Source of the DNA: Aeromicrobium sp.
GTDB lineage: Bacteria; Actinomycetota; Actinomycetes; Propionibacteriales; Nocardioidaceae
Assembly (NCBI GenBank): GCA_040514145.1
Contig: JBEVDF010000037.1
Location: 1-45,111 of the forward strand
Reading direction: 5' to 3'
DNA: 45,111 bases
A model generated the notes under the pieces. That model ran no database searches. It was given only the letters and a program-made list of their open reading frames with translations, and was not told the DNA's origin. The position numbers and the translations under genes were made by a program. Below, in pieces: positions 18,681 through 27,162 of this stretch. Positions within the stretch are counted from its first letter, which is position 1. Each line of letters begins with the position of its first letter.

Positions 18681-18941
18681 TCGTGACTATACCGACGTAG
18701 TCAGTCCGACGGGTGTATCCGCACCGCGCGTTGGCCCGACATTCACCGCGACGCGTCGTCTCAGGGACCTGCCCGAGCCCGTCGGGGTGTCGTAGGGTGG
18801 TGGCAGTTGCACGACGTTGGACAGCAAAAGGATGCGGTTCCCCCCGGGGCGTGGTTCCTCTCGCGGTTGGATGTGCGTCGCGACCGTCGGGCGTGAAGAT
18901 CGCGCACGACCATCGCCAGAAGGATCAAGAGGAGAAAGACC

Positions 18942-19145
18942 ATGGCCACCGGTACCGTCAAGTGGTTCAACGCTGACAAGGGCTTCGGATTCATCGCCCC
19001 CGACGACGGCGGCGAGGACGTGTTCGCGCACTACTCGGCGATCCAGTCGGGCGGTTACCGCTCGCTGAACGAGAACCAGAAGGTCGAGTTCGACGTGGAG
19101 CAGGGCCAGAAGGGCCTCCAGGCCGCGAACATCCGGCCGCTCTGA
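18942..19145 (+). CDS. cspA: Cold-shock protein
   Basis: '[15 protein letters not shown]', 'DVFAHYSAI'; AGGAG RBS. Confidence 0.97.
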   Translation: MATGTVKWFNADKGFGFIAPDDGGEDVFAHYSAIQSGGYRSLNENQKVEFDVEQGQKGLQAANIRPL

Positions 19146-19165
19146 GTCCGCTTCGGACCGAACGC

Positions 19166-19201
19166 CAAGAACCCCACCACCGCGAGGTGGTGGGGTTCTT
19201 G
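19166..19201. terminator. Intrinsic terminator, probably bidirectional, after cspA
   Basis: Perfect 16-bp stem CAAGAACCCCACCACC-GCGA-GGTGGTGGGGTTCTTG. Confidence 0.88.
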
Positions 19202-19413
19202 CTGTCAGTGCCGGGAGGGAGCCGGACTCACAGGGCGGCGAACCGCCTCACCTACTCGCGTTCCGAAGCGGTCACGAGAGGTGACGAGAGACGATCCGGG
19301 CGGCCGCGCGGGTCGTGGACCCAGAGGCGCTGCATTCCCCATTGACGTCGGCGTGCCGAGTCGTCCCCCACCGACGACGATAACCACCGCGGGCCCGAAA
19401 TGCCAGCGAAATC

Positions 19414-20538
19414 TCAGGCGGATATGGCGACCCGCACGATCCGGTCGTCGGATTCGCCGGGGCGGCCGCGGCCGTCGGTGTTGGAGGTGCCCAGCCACAG
19501 CGAGCCGTCGGGCGCGACCGTCACGGCCCGCAGCCGGCCGAGTTCGCGCGTGAAGAACGCACGGGGCTCGCCTTTGGAGGTGCCCTCGATCGGGACCTGC
19601 CACAGCCGCTCCCCGCGCAGGGCCGCCACGAAGGCGCGATCACCGCTGATGGCCAGCCCGGCGGGCGACGCCTCCGAGGTCGGCCACGTCACCTTCGGAC
19701 GGACGAAGCGGTCGTCGTCGCTGTCGCCCTCCACCGTGGGCCAGCCGTAGTTGCCGCCCTTGACGATGCGGTTGAGCTCGTCCTGGCTGCGGTCGCCGAA
19801 CTCGCTGGCCCACAGCCGCCCGGACGCATCCCAGGCGAGGCCCTCGACGTTCCGGTGCCCGTACGACCACACCTCGTTGCCGAACGGATTGCCCTCGACC
19901 GGGCGGCCCTGCGTGTCGATGCGCAGGATCTTGCCGTTGAGCGCGGCGCGGTCCTGCGCCGTGGCGGCGTTCGCCGCGTCGCCGACGGCGACGAAGAGCC
20001 GGCCGCGGCGGTCGAACGTCAGCGCACCGCCCTGGTGGTTGAAGGCCTTCGCCAGGCCGGTGAGGATCGGCTCGGCCGCCCCGATGCGGTCGCCGTCGAA
20101 CTCCAGTCGCACCACGCGGTTGTCGTCCGGCCCGGTGAGGTAGACGTAGAGCGCCGACTCGTCCGGCGCCACGGCGAGTCCCTGCAGCCCGCCCTCCCCG
20201 CCCGGGGCGACGCCGGGGACGTCGCCCACCTTCGACACGTCGCCGTCGGCGGTGACCCGCACGATCGAGGCGTCGTCGCGCTGGGTGACCAGAGCCGAGC
20301 CGTCGGCGAGGAACACGATCGCCCACGGGACGTTGAGGCCCGAGGCGATCGTGCCGTCGATCCGCGGGTCGATGGGCTCGGGGGCCGGTGGGGTGCTCGC
20401 CGTGGTGGGCGGGGGCTCGGACGCACGGGGGGTCGCGGTGGAGGCGCTGGGTCGGGGCTTCGGGTCGTCGCCACTGCAACCGGCCAGCCACGCGGCCCCC
20501 AGGGCCGCTCCCCCGACGATGAGGCTCCGCCGATCCAT
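19414..20538 (-). CDS. PQQ-dependent sugar dehydrogenase (GSDH family), Tat-type lipoprotein
   Basis: 'DRRSLI' twin-Arg and 'LAGC' lipobox; 'GEGGLQGLA', 'HQGG', 'NGKILRI', 'YGHRNVEG', 'DELN..GGNYGWP'. Confidence 0.9.
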   Translation of the reverse strand: MDRRSLIVGGAALGAAWLAGCSGDDPKPRPSASTATPRASEPPPTTASTPPAPEPIDPRIDGTIASGLNVPWAIVFLADGSALVTQRDDASIVRVTADGDVSKVGDVPGVAPGGEGGLQGLAVAPDESALYVYLTGPDDNRVVRLEFDGDRIGAAEPILTGLAKAFNHQGGALTFDRRGRLFVAVGDAANAATAQDRAALNGKILRIDTQGRPVEGNPFGNEVWSYGHRNVEGLAWDASGRLWASEFGDRSQDELNRIVKGGNYGWPTVEGDSDDDRFVRPKVTWPTSEASPAGLAISGDRAFVAALRGERLWQVPIEGTSKGEPRAFFTRELGRLRAVTVAPDGSLWLGTSNTDGRGRPGESDDRIVRVAISA

Positions 20539-20633
20539 GTCCCGATCATGCCGCAATCAGCGGACTTGCCCTAGCCATGGAATGGCACAGTGGAGACGGA
20601 CGTTGAAGAAGCAGTACCCGACGAAAGGCCATC

Positions 20634-21035
20634 ATGACCACGATCAACCTGACTGCCGACACGTTCCAGGACACCGTCACCGGTGAGGGCATCACCTTGG
20701 TGGACTGGTGGGCCGGCTGGTGCGGACCGTGCATGCAGTTCGCTCCGGTCTACGAGGCCGCCAGCGAGCGTCACCCCGACATCACGTTCGCCAAGATCGA
20801 CACCGAGGCCGAGCAGGAGCTCTCCGCCGCGGTCCAGATCACCTCGATCCCCACGCTGATGGCGTTCCGCGACGGCGTGCTGCTGTACGCCCAGCCGGGC
20901 GCGCTGCCCGCCGAGGCGCTCGACCAGATCATCGACCAGGTCCGCGAGCTCGACATGGAGAAGGTCCGCCGCGAGATCGACGCCCAGGAGGCGCAGGACC
21001 AGGCGCCCGAGGTGCCGGAGGCCTCTCAGAACTGA
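20634..21035 (+). CDS. trxA: Thioredoxin
   Basis: WCGPC active site and 'SIPTL' cis-Pro motif. Confidence 0.93.
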   Translation: MTTINLTADTFQDTVTGEGITLVDWWAGWCGPCMQFAPVYEAASERHPDITFAKIDTEAEQELSAAVQITSIPTLMAFRDGVLLYAQPGALPAEALDQIIDQVRELDMEKVRREIDAQEAQDQAPEVPEASQN

Positions 21036-21048
21036 GACACTCGGGGTC

Positions 21049-22554
21049 ATGAGTCGTGTGACGTGCCCGGTGGTGTCCCCACGGATCATGAGCGCTGAGG
21101 AAGCGGTCGAATTCATCCGCCCGGGGGACAACGTCGGGATGAGCGGCTTCACCGGCGCGGGCTACCCCAAGGCGGTGCCGTCCGCGCTCGCCGCCCGCGC
21201 CCGTGCCGCGCACGACGCCGGCCAGGACTTCCGGATCGGCCTGTGGACCGGTGCCTCCACCGCTCCGCAGGCCGACGGCGTCCTGGCCGAGGCCCATGCG
21301 ATCTCCAAGCGGCTTCCCTACAACTCCGACCCACTGCTGCGCCGCCAGATCAACGCCGGCGAGGTCGACTACGTCGACGCGCACCTGAGCCACTCGGCCC
21401 AGCAGATGTGGTTCGGCTTCTACGGCCCGCTCGACGTCGCCGTCATCGAGGTGACGGCGATCCTGCCCGACGGCCTGCTCGTCCCGGGCAGCTCGGTCGG
21501 CAACAACAAGACGTGGCTCGACCAGGCCGACAAGGTGATCCTCGAGGTCAACCACTGGCAGCCGCGCGAGCTCGAGGGCTTCCACGACATCTACGGCGGC
21601 ACCGCGCTGCCCCCACACCGACGACCCCTCACGCTCACCGAGCCCATGCAACGCATCGGCGAGCCGTACCTGAAGGTCGATCCGGCCAAGGTCGTCGCCG
21701 TGGTCGAGACCCGCGAGCCCGACAACGGCGCCGCGTTCTCCGCGCCCGACGACGTCTCGCGCGCGATCGCCGAGCACGCCCTGGACTTCCTGCGCGGCGA
21801 GGTCGGAGCCGGCCGCATGCCGCCCGAGCTGCTGCCGCTCCAGTCGGGCGTGGGAAACGTCGCGAACGCGGTGCTGCAGGGCCTCGACGACAGCGAGTTC
21901 ACCAGCCTCGTCGCCTACACCGAGGTGCTGCAGGACGGCATGCTCACCCTGCTCGACTCGGGCACGATGCGGGCGGCGTCGACCGCCTCGTTCGGCCTGT
22001 CCCGCCAGGGAATGGAGCGGTTCCACGCCGGCATCGACGGCTACAAGGGCCGCATCCTCATGCGCAGCGAGGAGATCTCGAACCACCCCGAGGTCATCCG
22101 CCGCCTCGGCGTGATCGCCATGAACGGGATGATCGAGGCCGACATCTACGGCAACGTGAACTCCACCCACGTCATGGGCAGTGCGGTCATGAACGGCATC
22201 GGCGGCAGCGGTGACTTCGCGCGCAACGCCTACCTGAACTTCTTCCTGACGGCGTCGACGGCCAAGAACGGGGCCATCTCCACCATCGTGCCGATGGTCA
22301 GTCACGTCGACCACACCGAGCACGACGTCCACGTGATCGTGACCGAGCACGGACTGGCCGACCTGCGCGGCCTCTCGCCGCGAGCGCGCGCCGAGCGGAT
22401 CATCGCCCACTGCGCCCACCCGGACTTCCGCCCGCAACTGCGGGACTACCTCGACCGGGCCATGGCGTCGCGGCCCGAGGCCCGGCACACCCCGCATCTG
22501 CTCGACGAAGCCCTGTCGTGGCACCAGCGGTACCTGGACACGGGTCGGATGTGA
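21049..22554 (+). CDS. Acetyl-CoA hydrolase / succinate:acetate CoA-transferase (AarC/Cat1 family)
   Basis: 'SGFTGAGYPK', 'LQSGVGNVANA', 'YTEVLQD', 'NGIGGSGDF', 'VSHVDH', 'TEHGLADLRG'; the start may be ATG 21088. Confidence 0.92.
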   Translation: MSRVTCPVVSPRIMSAEEAVEFIRPGDNVGMSGFTGAGYPKAVPSALAARARAAHDAGQDFRIGLWTGASTAPQADGVLAEAHAISKRLPYNSDPLLRRQINAGEVDYVDAHLSHSAQQMWFGFYGPLDVAVIEVTAILPDGLLVPGSSVGNNKTWLDQADKVILEVNHWQPRELEGFHDIYGGTALPPHRRPLTLTEPMQRIGEPYLKVDPAKVVAVVETREPDNGAAFSAPDDVSRAIAEHALDFLRGEVGAGRMPPELLPLQSGVGNVANAVLQGLDDSEFTSLVAYTEVLQDGMLTLLDSGTMRAASTASFGLSRQGMERFHAGIDGYKGRILMRSEEISNHPEVIRRLGVIAMNGMIEADIYGNVNSTHVMGSAVMNGIGGSGDFARNAYLNFFLTASTAKNGAISTIVPMVSHVDHTEHDVHVIVTEHGLADLRGLSPRARAERIIAHCAHPDFRPQLRDYLDRAMASRPEARHTPHLLDEALSWHQRYLDTGRM

Positions 22555-23654
22555 CCTCGCGGGCCCGGCTCGTCGCGTTCCTGATCGGAGCGCTGGCGCT
22601 CGCCTCCTGCACGTCCCCCACTCCCGGAAGGACCGACTTGTCCGAGGCATCCCTGCCCACCGTCTCCGCGTCGCCGAGCCCGAGCCCGCCTCCCCCGCCG
22701 GACTTCACCGAGCTCGACCGGCTGGTCGACGCGACTGCCTCGACCTGCACGCTGGTGCTGCGCGGCGACCAGGTCGTCCACGAGCACCCGGCCGGCTCGC
22801 GCAACGCCACGCGCCGTGTCTACTCGATCACGAAGTCGGTGGTGGGGGTGCTCCTGGCGGTCGCCGCGGCCGACGGCGAGCTCGACCTCGACGACCCGGT
22901 CGCGCGCCACGTGCCCGACTGGCCGCACGAGTCCCGCGAGGTCACCGTGCGGCACCTCATGTCGATGACCTCGGGGCGGCGCTGGTCCGAGTCGCTCGAC
23001 CGGGCCATGATCGGCGCGAGCGACCAGACCACCGCCGCGCTCGCGGCGGGTCAGCAGGACGAGGCGGGCTCGACGTGGCGCTACGACAACCTGGCCAGCC
23101 AGGTGCTGTCGGCGGTGCTGGAGTCGGCGGTCGGTGACGTGGAGGCGTTCGCCCGTGACCGGCTCTTCGAGCCTCTGGGCCTGGCCGACACCACGTGGGA
23201 GCGCGACGGCGCCGGCCACCTGAAGACCTACGCCGGCATCGTCTCGTCGTGCGCCGACCTGGCCCGGCTCGGCGTGATGATGCGTGACGGCGGAGTCTTC
23301 GACGGGCGTCGGATCCTGTCGGCGGACGCCGTCTCCGAGCTGGTCGCGACCTCGTCGGAGGGCAACGCCGCCTACGGCCTGCTCTGGTGGAACAACACCG
23401 AGGGCCGCGTCGTCGAGGTGCGCCGGGCAGCCGGCTTCGACGTCGACCGTGAGCCCTTCCGGGGCCGGCTGGCCCCCTCGGTCCCCGCCGACGCCTTCTG
23501 GGCGCTCGGCTGGGGCAACCAGCTCCTCGCGGTGGTGCCGTCGCAGGACGTGGTCGCCGTGCGGCTCGGGCCGAAGCCGGCAGGCCCGGACGACCTCACG
23601 TTCGACGGCTTCACCGGCGCGGTGCTGGCCGGATGGGACGTCAGGCAGCCGTGA
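22551..23654 (+). CDS. Serine hydrolase, beta-lactamase/PBP family lipoprotein
   Basis: Lipobox 'LASC', SxxK 'SITK', YxN 'YDN', 'ALGWGNQ'; GTGA overlap with the upstream gene. Confidence 0.85.
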   Translation: MTSRARLVAFLIGALALASCTSPTPGRTDLSEASLPTVSASPSPSPPPPPDFTELDRLVDATASTCTLVLRGDQVVHEHPAGSRNATRRVYSITKSVVGVLLAVAAADGELDLDDPVARHVPDWPHESREVTVRHLMSMTSGRRWSESLDRAMIGASDQTTAALAAGQQDEAGSTWRYDNLASQVLSAVLESAVGDVEAFARDRLFEPLGLADTTWERDGAGHLKTYAGIVSSCADLARLGVMMRDGGVFDGRRILSADAVSELVATSSEGNAAYGLLWWNNTEGRVVEVRRAAGFDVDREPFRGRLAPSVPADAFWALGWGNQLLAVVPSQDVVAVRLGPKPAGPDDLTFDGFTGAVLAGWDVRQP

Positions 23655-24486
23655 TGAACGAGCGCATGCCGATCGAGCCCATGTCGATCTCGGTGTTGAA
23701 GAAGCCGATGTCCTCGCCGGGCTCGAGCAGGCCCAGCGCCGCCACCATCGGGCGGTAGTGGTCGTCGGTGGGCACGGCGATCCGCGCGGCCGACCACGTG
23801 CGGTACGGGTCCACCAGCTTGGCCACGTCACGCGTGGCCAGCGCGTCGGCGGTCTGGGCGTCGAACTCCTGCGCCCAGTCCCACGCCGGGCCGCCGCCCC
23901 AGCGGACGCGGTTCAGCGCGTGCACGATGTTGCCGCTGCCGATGAACACCACGCCGCGACGGCGCAGGTCGCGCAGGCGCCCGAACAGCTCGTGGAGCTT
24001 CGGCAGCGGCATCGCGTAGTCGATGCTGATCTGCAGCACCGGCACCTGAGGCGCGGGCGCGAGGAACTTCAGCACGCTCCAGGTTCCGTGGTCGAGGCCC
24101 CACTGGCTGTCGAGGCGGGCCTCGTACTCGACGAGGTGCTCGGCCAGGATCCGCGCGACCTTCTCGTCGCCGTGGGTCTCGTACTTCACGCGGTAGAGCT
24201 CGTCGGGGAAGCCACCGAAGTCGTAGATGATCGGGTTCCGCGGGGCGTCGGTGATGTGCGTGCCGCCGGGCGTGAGCCAGTGCGCGCTGATCACGACGAT
24301 CGCCTGCGCCGCGGGCAGCCCGGCGCCGACGCGCTCCCACTCGCGCGTGAACGTGTTGTCGGCGAGAGCGTTCATCGGGTTGCCGTGGCCGACGAACAGC
24401 ACCGGCATGCGCGGGCTGGGGACCAGGCGGTTCGTGAGGTCGGACAGCGCGTGCGTGGGCACGGTCTCGGGACGCAGGTTCATCAT
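23641..24486 (-). CDS. ygiD: 4,5-DOPA-type extradiol dioxygenase (LigB family)
   Basis: 'LFVGHGNP', 'ISAHW', 'YDFGGFP', 'GLDHGTW', 'GSGNIVH', 'DHYRP'. Confidence 0.88.
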   Translation of the reverse strand: MMNLRPETVPTHALSDLTNRLVPSPRMPVLFVGHGNPMNALADNTFTREWERVGAGLPAAQAIVVISAHWLTPGGTHITDAPRNPIIYDFGGFPDELYRVKYETHGDEKVARILAEHLVEYEARLDSQWGLDHGTWSVLKFLAPAPQVPVLQISIDYAMPLPKLHELFGRLRDLRRRGVVFIGSGNIVHALNRVRWGGGPAWDWAQEFDAQTADALATRDVAKLVDPYRTWSAARIAVPTDDHYRPMVAALGLLEPGEDIGFFNTEIDMGSIGMRSFITAA

Positions 24487-24496
24487 CGACTCCTGT

Positions 24497-24514
24497 TAGT
24501 TGATGATTCAACTA
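24497..24514. promoter_or_regulatory. Palindromic operator overlapping the ygiD -10 box
   Basis: TAGTTGA-TGAT-TCAACTA, overlapping minus-strand TATAGT (24516-24511). Confidence 0.7.
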
Positions 24515-24558
24515 TACCACGTGGTGGGCCACTTGAACGCGTACGCGACAATGGAGGG

Positions 24559-27138
24559 ATGGCCACGGCGACCGAGTTGCAGATCGCGCTGCGACACCCG
24601 GTCCGGTTCGTCGCGGACCCCGACGACCCGACACTCTCGACGTTCGTCTTCGACACGCCGCGCGGCCCCGTGGAGGCCACCGCCAACGAGGCCGTCGGCC
24701 CGCTCAGCGGCGGCATCCGGGCGCTCACCGCCGATCCCAGCGTGCGAGCCTGGGCCACCCCCTCGATCATCGCCCTGCGCCTCATGGCCACCGGCACGCT
24801 CGCCTCCCCCGGCTCCTCGGAGATGCAGCAGATGCTCGACGCCGGGCGCGCGATCGGTCCCACCCCGGCCGAGGGTCAGGCGTCGATCCGCGCGTTCCTG
24901 GCGGCCCTCGTGGCGGGCGCGCCCGCCGTGGCCACCACGCCCCAGCGGCGTCGCGAGGTGCAGCAGCCGCGGCCCACGATCGAACGACCGACCAGCTTCT
25001 CGTACCGTCTCGACGTCACCCTCAGCGAGGACGCCGACGCGATGGCCGACCTCGAGCTGCACGTGCGCCCCCAGGCGATGAACCGCGCCTCGGTGTCCGC
25101 ACCCACCGTGCTGACCCGCGACGACCACCACCTGGGCCCGGCGGCCCGCCCTGCCCTGGTGGCGATGCTCGAACGACTCGCCGTCAGCTGGCCGCCCGCC
25201 GCGCACCTCGCCCGCGAGGGCCGGGTCCGTGTGACGCCCGAGGAGCTCGGCTCCCTCGGCCAGGGCCGCCCCCTCGTGGCCGCTCTGGCCAACCGCATCG
25301 AGATCGCATGGCCCGAGGGCCTGCGCCACGACGTGCGCGCCACGGGCGTCGTCAGCCGCGTCGAGGCGGACGAGCCGCGCCTCGACCGCGACCACGACCG
25401 GCCGCGCGCGTTCACCTCCGACCAGCTGTTCCGCTTCGACTGGAGCGTCTCGGTGGGCGGCGAGCACCTCACCCGTGCCGAGGTCGAGCAGCTCGCGGAG
25501 TCCCAGTCCGGCATGCTGCACCTGCGCGACCGCTGGGTCATGGTCGACCAGCAGCAGGTCGCCCGCGTTCTGGCGGGCCACGGCCGCACCCTCGACGCCG
25601 GCGAGGCGTTGCGGGCCGCCGTCACCGGCAGCCTCGAGATCGACGGCCTCGAGACCGAGGTCGACACCGTGGGCTGGCTCGAGGACGTCCGCCGCCGCCT
25701 GGCCGATCAGGACGCCGACATCACCCCGGCCACGCAGCCCGAGTCCCTCGACGGGCAGCTGCGCGAGTACCAGCTGCGCGGCCTGCGCTGGATGAGCCAG
25801 CTGGTCGACCTCGGGCTGGGCGGGATCCTGGCCGACGACATGGGCCTGGGCAAGACGCTCATGCTCATCGCGCTGCACCTGCACCTGGACTCCCCCGAGC
25901 CCACCCTCGTCGTGTGCCCCGCCTCGGTCCTGGCCACGTGGGAGCGTGAGATCGCCCGCTTCGCCCCCGGCGTTCCCGTGTACCGCTACCACGGCCCGCG
26001 GCGCAGCCTCGCCGACGCCAAGTCCGGCTTCGTCGTCACGACCTACGCGACGATGCGCTCGAGCGTAGAGGAGCTGCGCCGGCACCGGTGGAGTCTCGTG
26101 GTCGCCGATGAGGCCCAGCACGTGAAGAATCCCGGCAGCGGCGCCGCGCAGGCCCTGCGCCGGATCGACTCCGAGGCCCGCATGGCGCTGACCGGCACGC
26201 CCGTGGAGAACCACCTCGGCGAGCTGTGGGCCCTGCTCGACTGGACCACTCCCGGTCTGCTCGGCACGCGCGAGCAGTTCCGGCGCGAGTGGTCGCGCCA
26301 GATCGAGCGCGACCACGACACCGAGCGCGCGGCGGGGCTCTCGCAGCTCATCCGCCCGTTCGTGCTGCGGCGGCGCAAGACCGATCCGGGCATCGCGCCC
26401 GAGCTGCCGCCGAAGATCGAGACCGATCACCGGGTGCCACTGACCCGCGAGCAGGTCGGGCTCTACGAGGCGGTCGTGCAGCGGACCATGTCGGAGATCG
26501 CCGACTCCACCGGCATCCGCCGGCGCGGCCTCGTCGTGAAGCTGCTCACGCAGCTCAAGCAGATCTGCAACCACCCGGCGCAGTTCCTGCACGAGCCGGA
26601 GGCGCGTCTGACCGGCCGCTCGGGCAAGCTCGAGACGTTCGACGAGCTGGTCGAGGAGATCGTCGACGAGGGTGGCGCCGCGCTGGTGTTCACGCAGTAC
26701 GCGCAGATGGGCCGGCTCCTCGCGCGCCGGCTGGGCGAGCGCAAGGTGCGCCACGACTTCCTGCACGGCGGCACCCCGGTGGCCCGCCGCGAGCGGATGG
26801 TGAGCGCGTTCCAGAACGGCGAGACCGACGTCTTCGTCCTGTCACTGAAGGCCGCGGGCACCGGCCTGAACCTGACCCGCGCCGACCACGTGGTCCACTA
26901 CGACCGCTGGTGGAACCCCGCCGTCGAGGACCAGGCCACCGACCGCGCGCACCGCATCGGCCAGACGAAGAACGTCCAAGTGCACCGCCTCGTGGCCGAG
27001 GGCACGATCGAGGAGTCGATCGCCGAGCTGATCAGCGCCAAGCGCGCCCTGGCCGACGCCGTCGTGAACGCCGGCGAGTCCGCCCTGACCGAGCTCACCG
27101 ACTCCGAGCTCGAGGTCCTGGTGCAGCTGCGCCACTGA
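24559..27138 (+). CDS. SNF2/SWI2-family SF2 helicase/ATPase
   Basis: 'LREYQLRG', 'LADDMGLGKT', 'DEAQHVKN', 'LTGTPVEN', 'LKQICNHP', 'SGK', 'GTGLNL', 'WNPAVEDQATDRAHRIGQ'. Confidence 0.93.
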   Translation: MATATELQIALRHPVRFVADPDDPTLSTFVFDTPRGPVEATANEAVGPLSGGIRALTADPSVRAWATPSIIALRLMATGTLASPGSSEMQQMLDAGRAIGPTPAEGQASIRAFLAALVAGAPAVATTPQRRREVQQPRPTIERPTSFSYRLDVTLSEDADAMADLELHVRPQAMNRASVSAPTVLTRDDHHLGPAARPALVAMLERLAVSWPPAAHLAREGRVRVTPEELGSLGQGRPLVAALANRIEIAWPEGLRHDVRATGVVSRVEADEPRLDRDHDRPRAFTSDQLFRFDWSVSVGGEHLTRAEVEQLAESQSGMLHLRDRWVMVDQQQVARVLAGHGRTLDAGEALRAAVTGSLEIDGLETEVDTVGWLEDVRRRLADQDADITPATQPESLDGQLREYQLRGLRWMSQLVDLGLGGILADDMGLGKTLMLIALHLHLDSPEPTLVVCPASVLATWEREIARFAPGVPVYRYHGPRRSLADAKSGFVVTTYATMRSSVEELRRHRWSLVVADEAQHVKNPGSGAAQALRRIDSEARMALTGTPVENHLGELWALLDWTTPGLLGTREQFRREWSRQIERDHDTERAAGLSQLIRPFVLRRRKTDPGIAPELPPKIETDHRVPLTREQVGLYEAVVQRTMSEIADSTGIRRRGLVVKLLTQLKQICNHPAQFLHEPEARLTGRSGKLETFDELVEEIVDEGGAALVFTQYAQMGRLLARRLGERKVRHDFLHGGTPVARRERMVSAFQNGETDVFVLSLKAAGTGLNLTRADHVVHYDRWWNPAVEDQATDRAHRIGQTKNVQVHRLVAEGTIEESIAELISAKRALADAVVNAGESALTELTDSELEVLVQLRH

Positions 27139-27162
27139 GCGCGATCTGCGGCGGTCAGGCGG

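Noticed and set aside
23284-24558. Apparent N-terminal extension making a 1284-aa SNF2 protein
   Set aside because: It overlaps the serine hydrolase and antisense ygiD; the plausible start is ATG 24559. The extended ORFs for hemQ, AKR, metB, tgt, McrC-like, recB and recD are similar artefacts.
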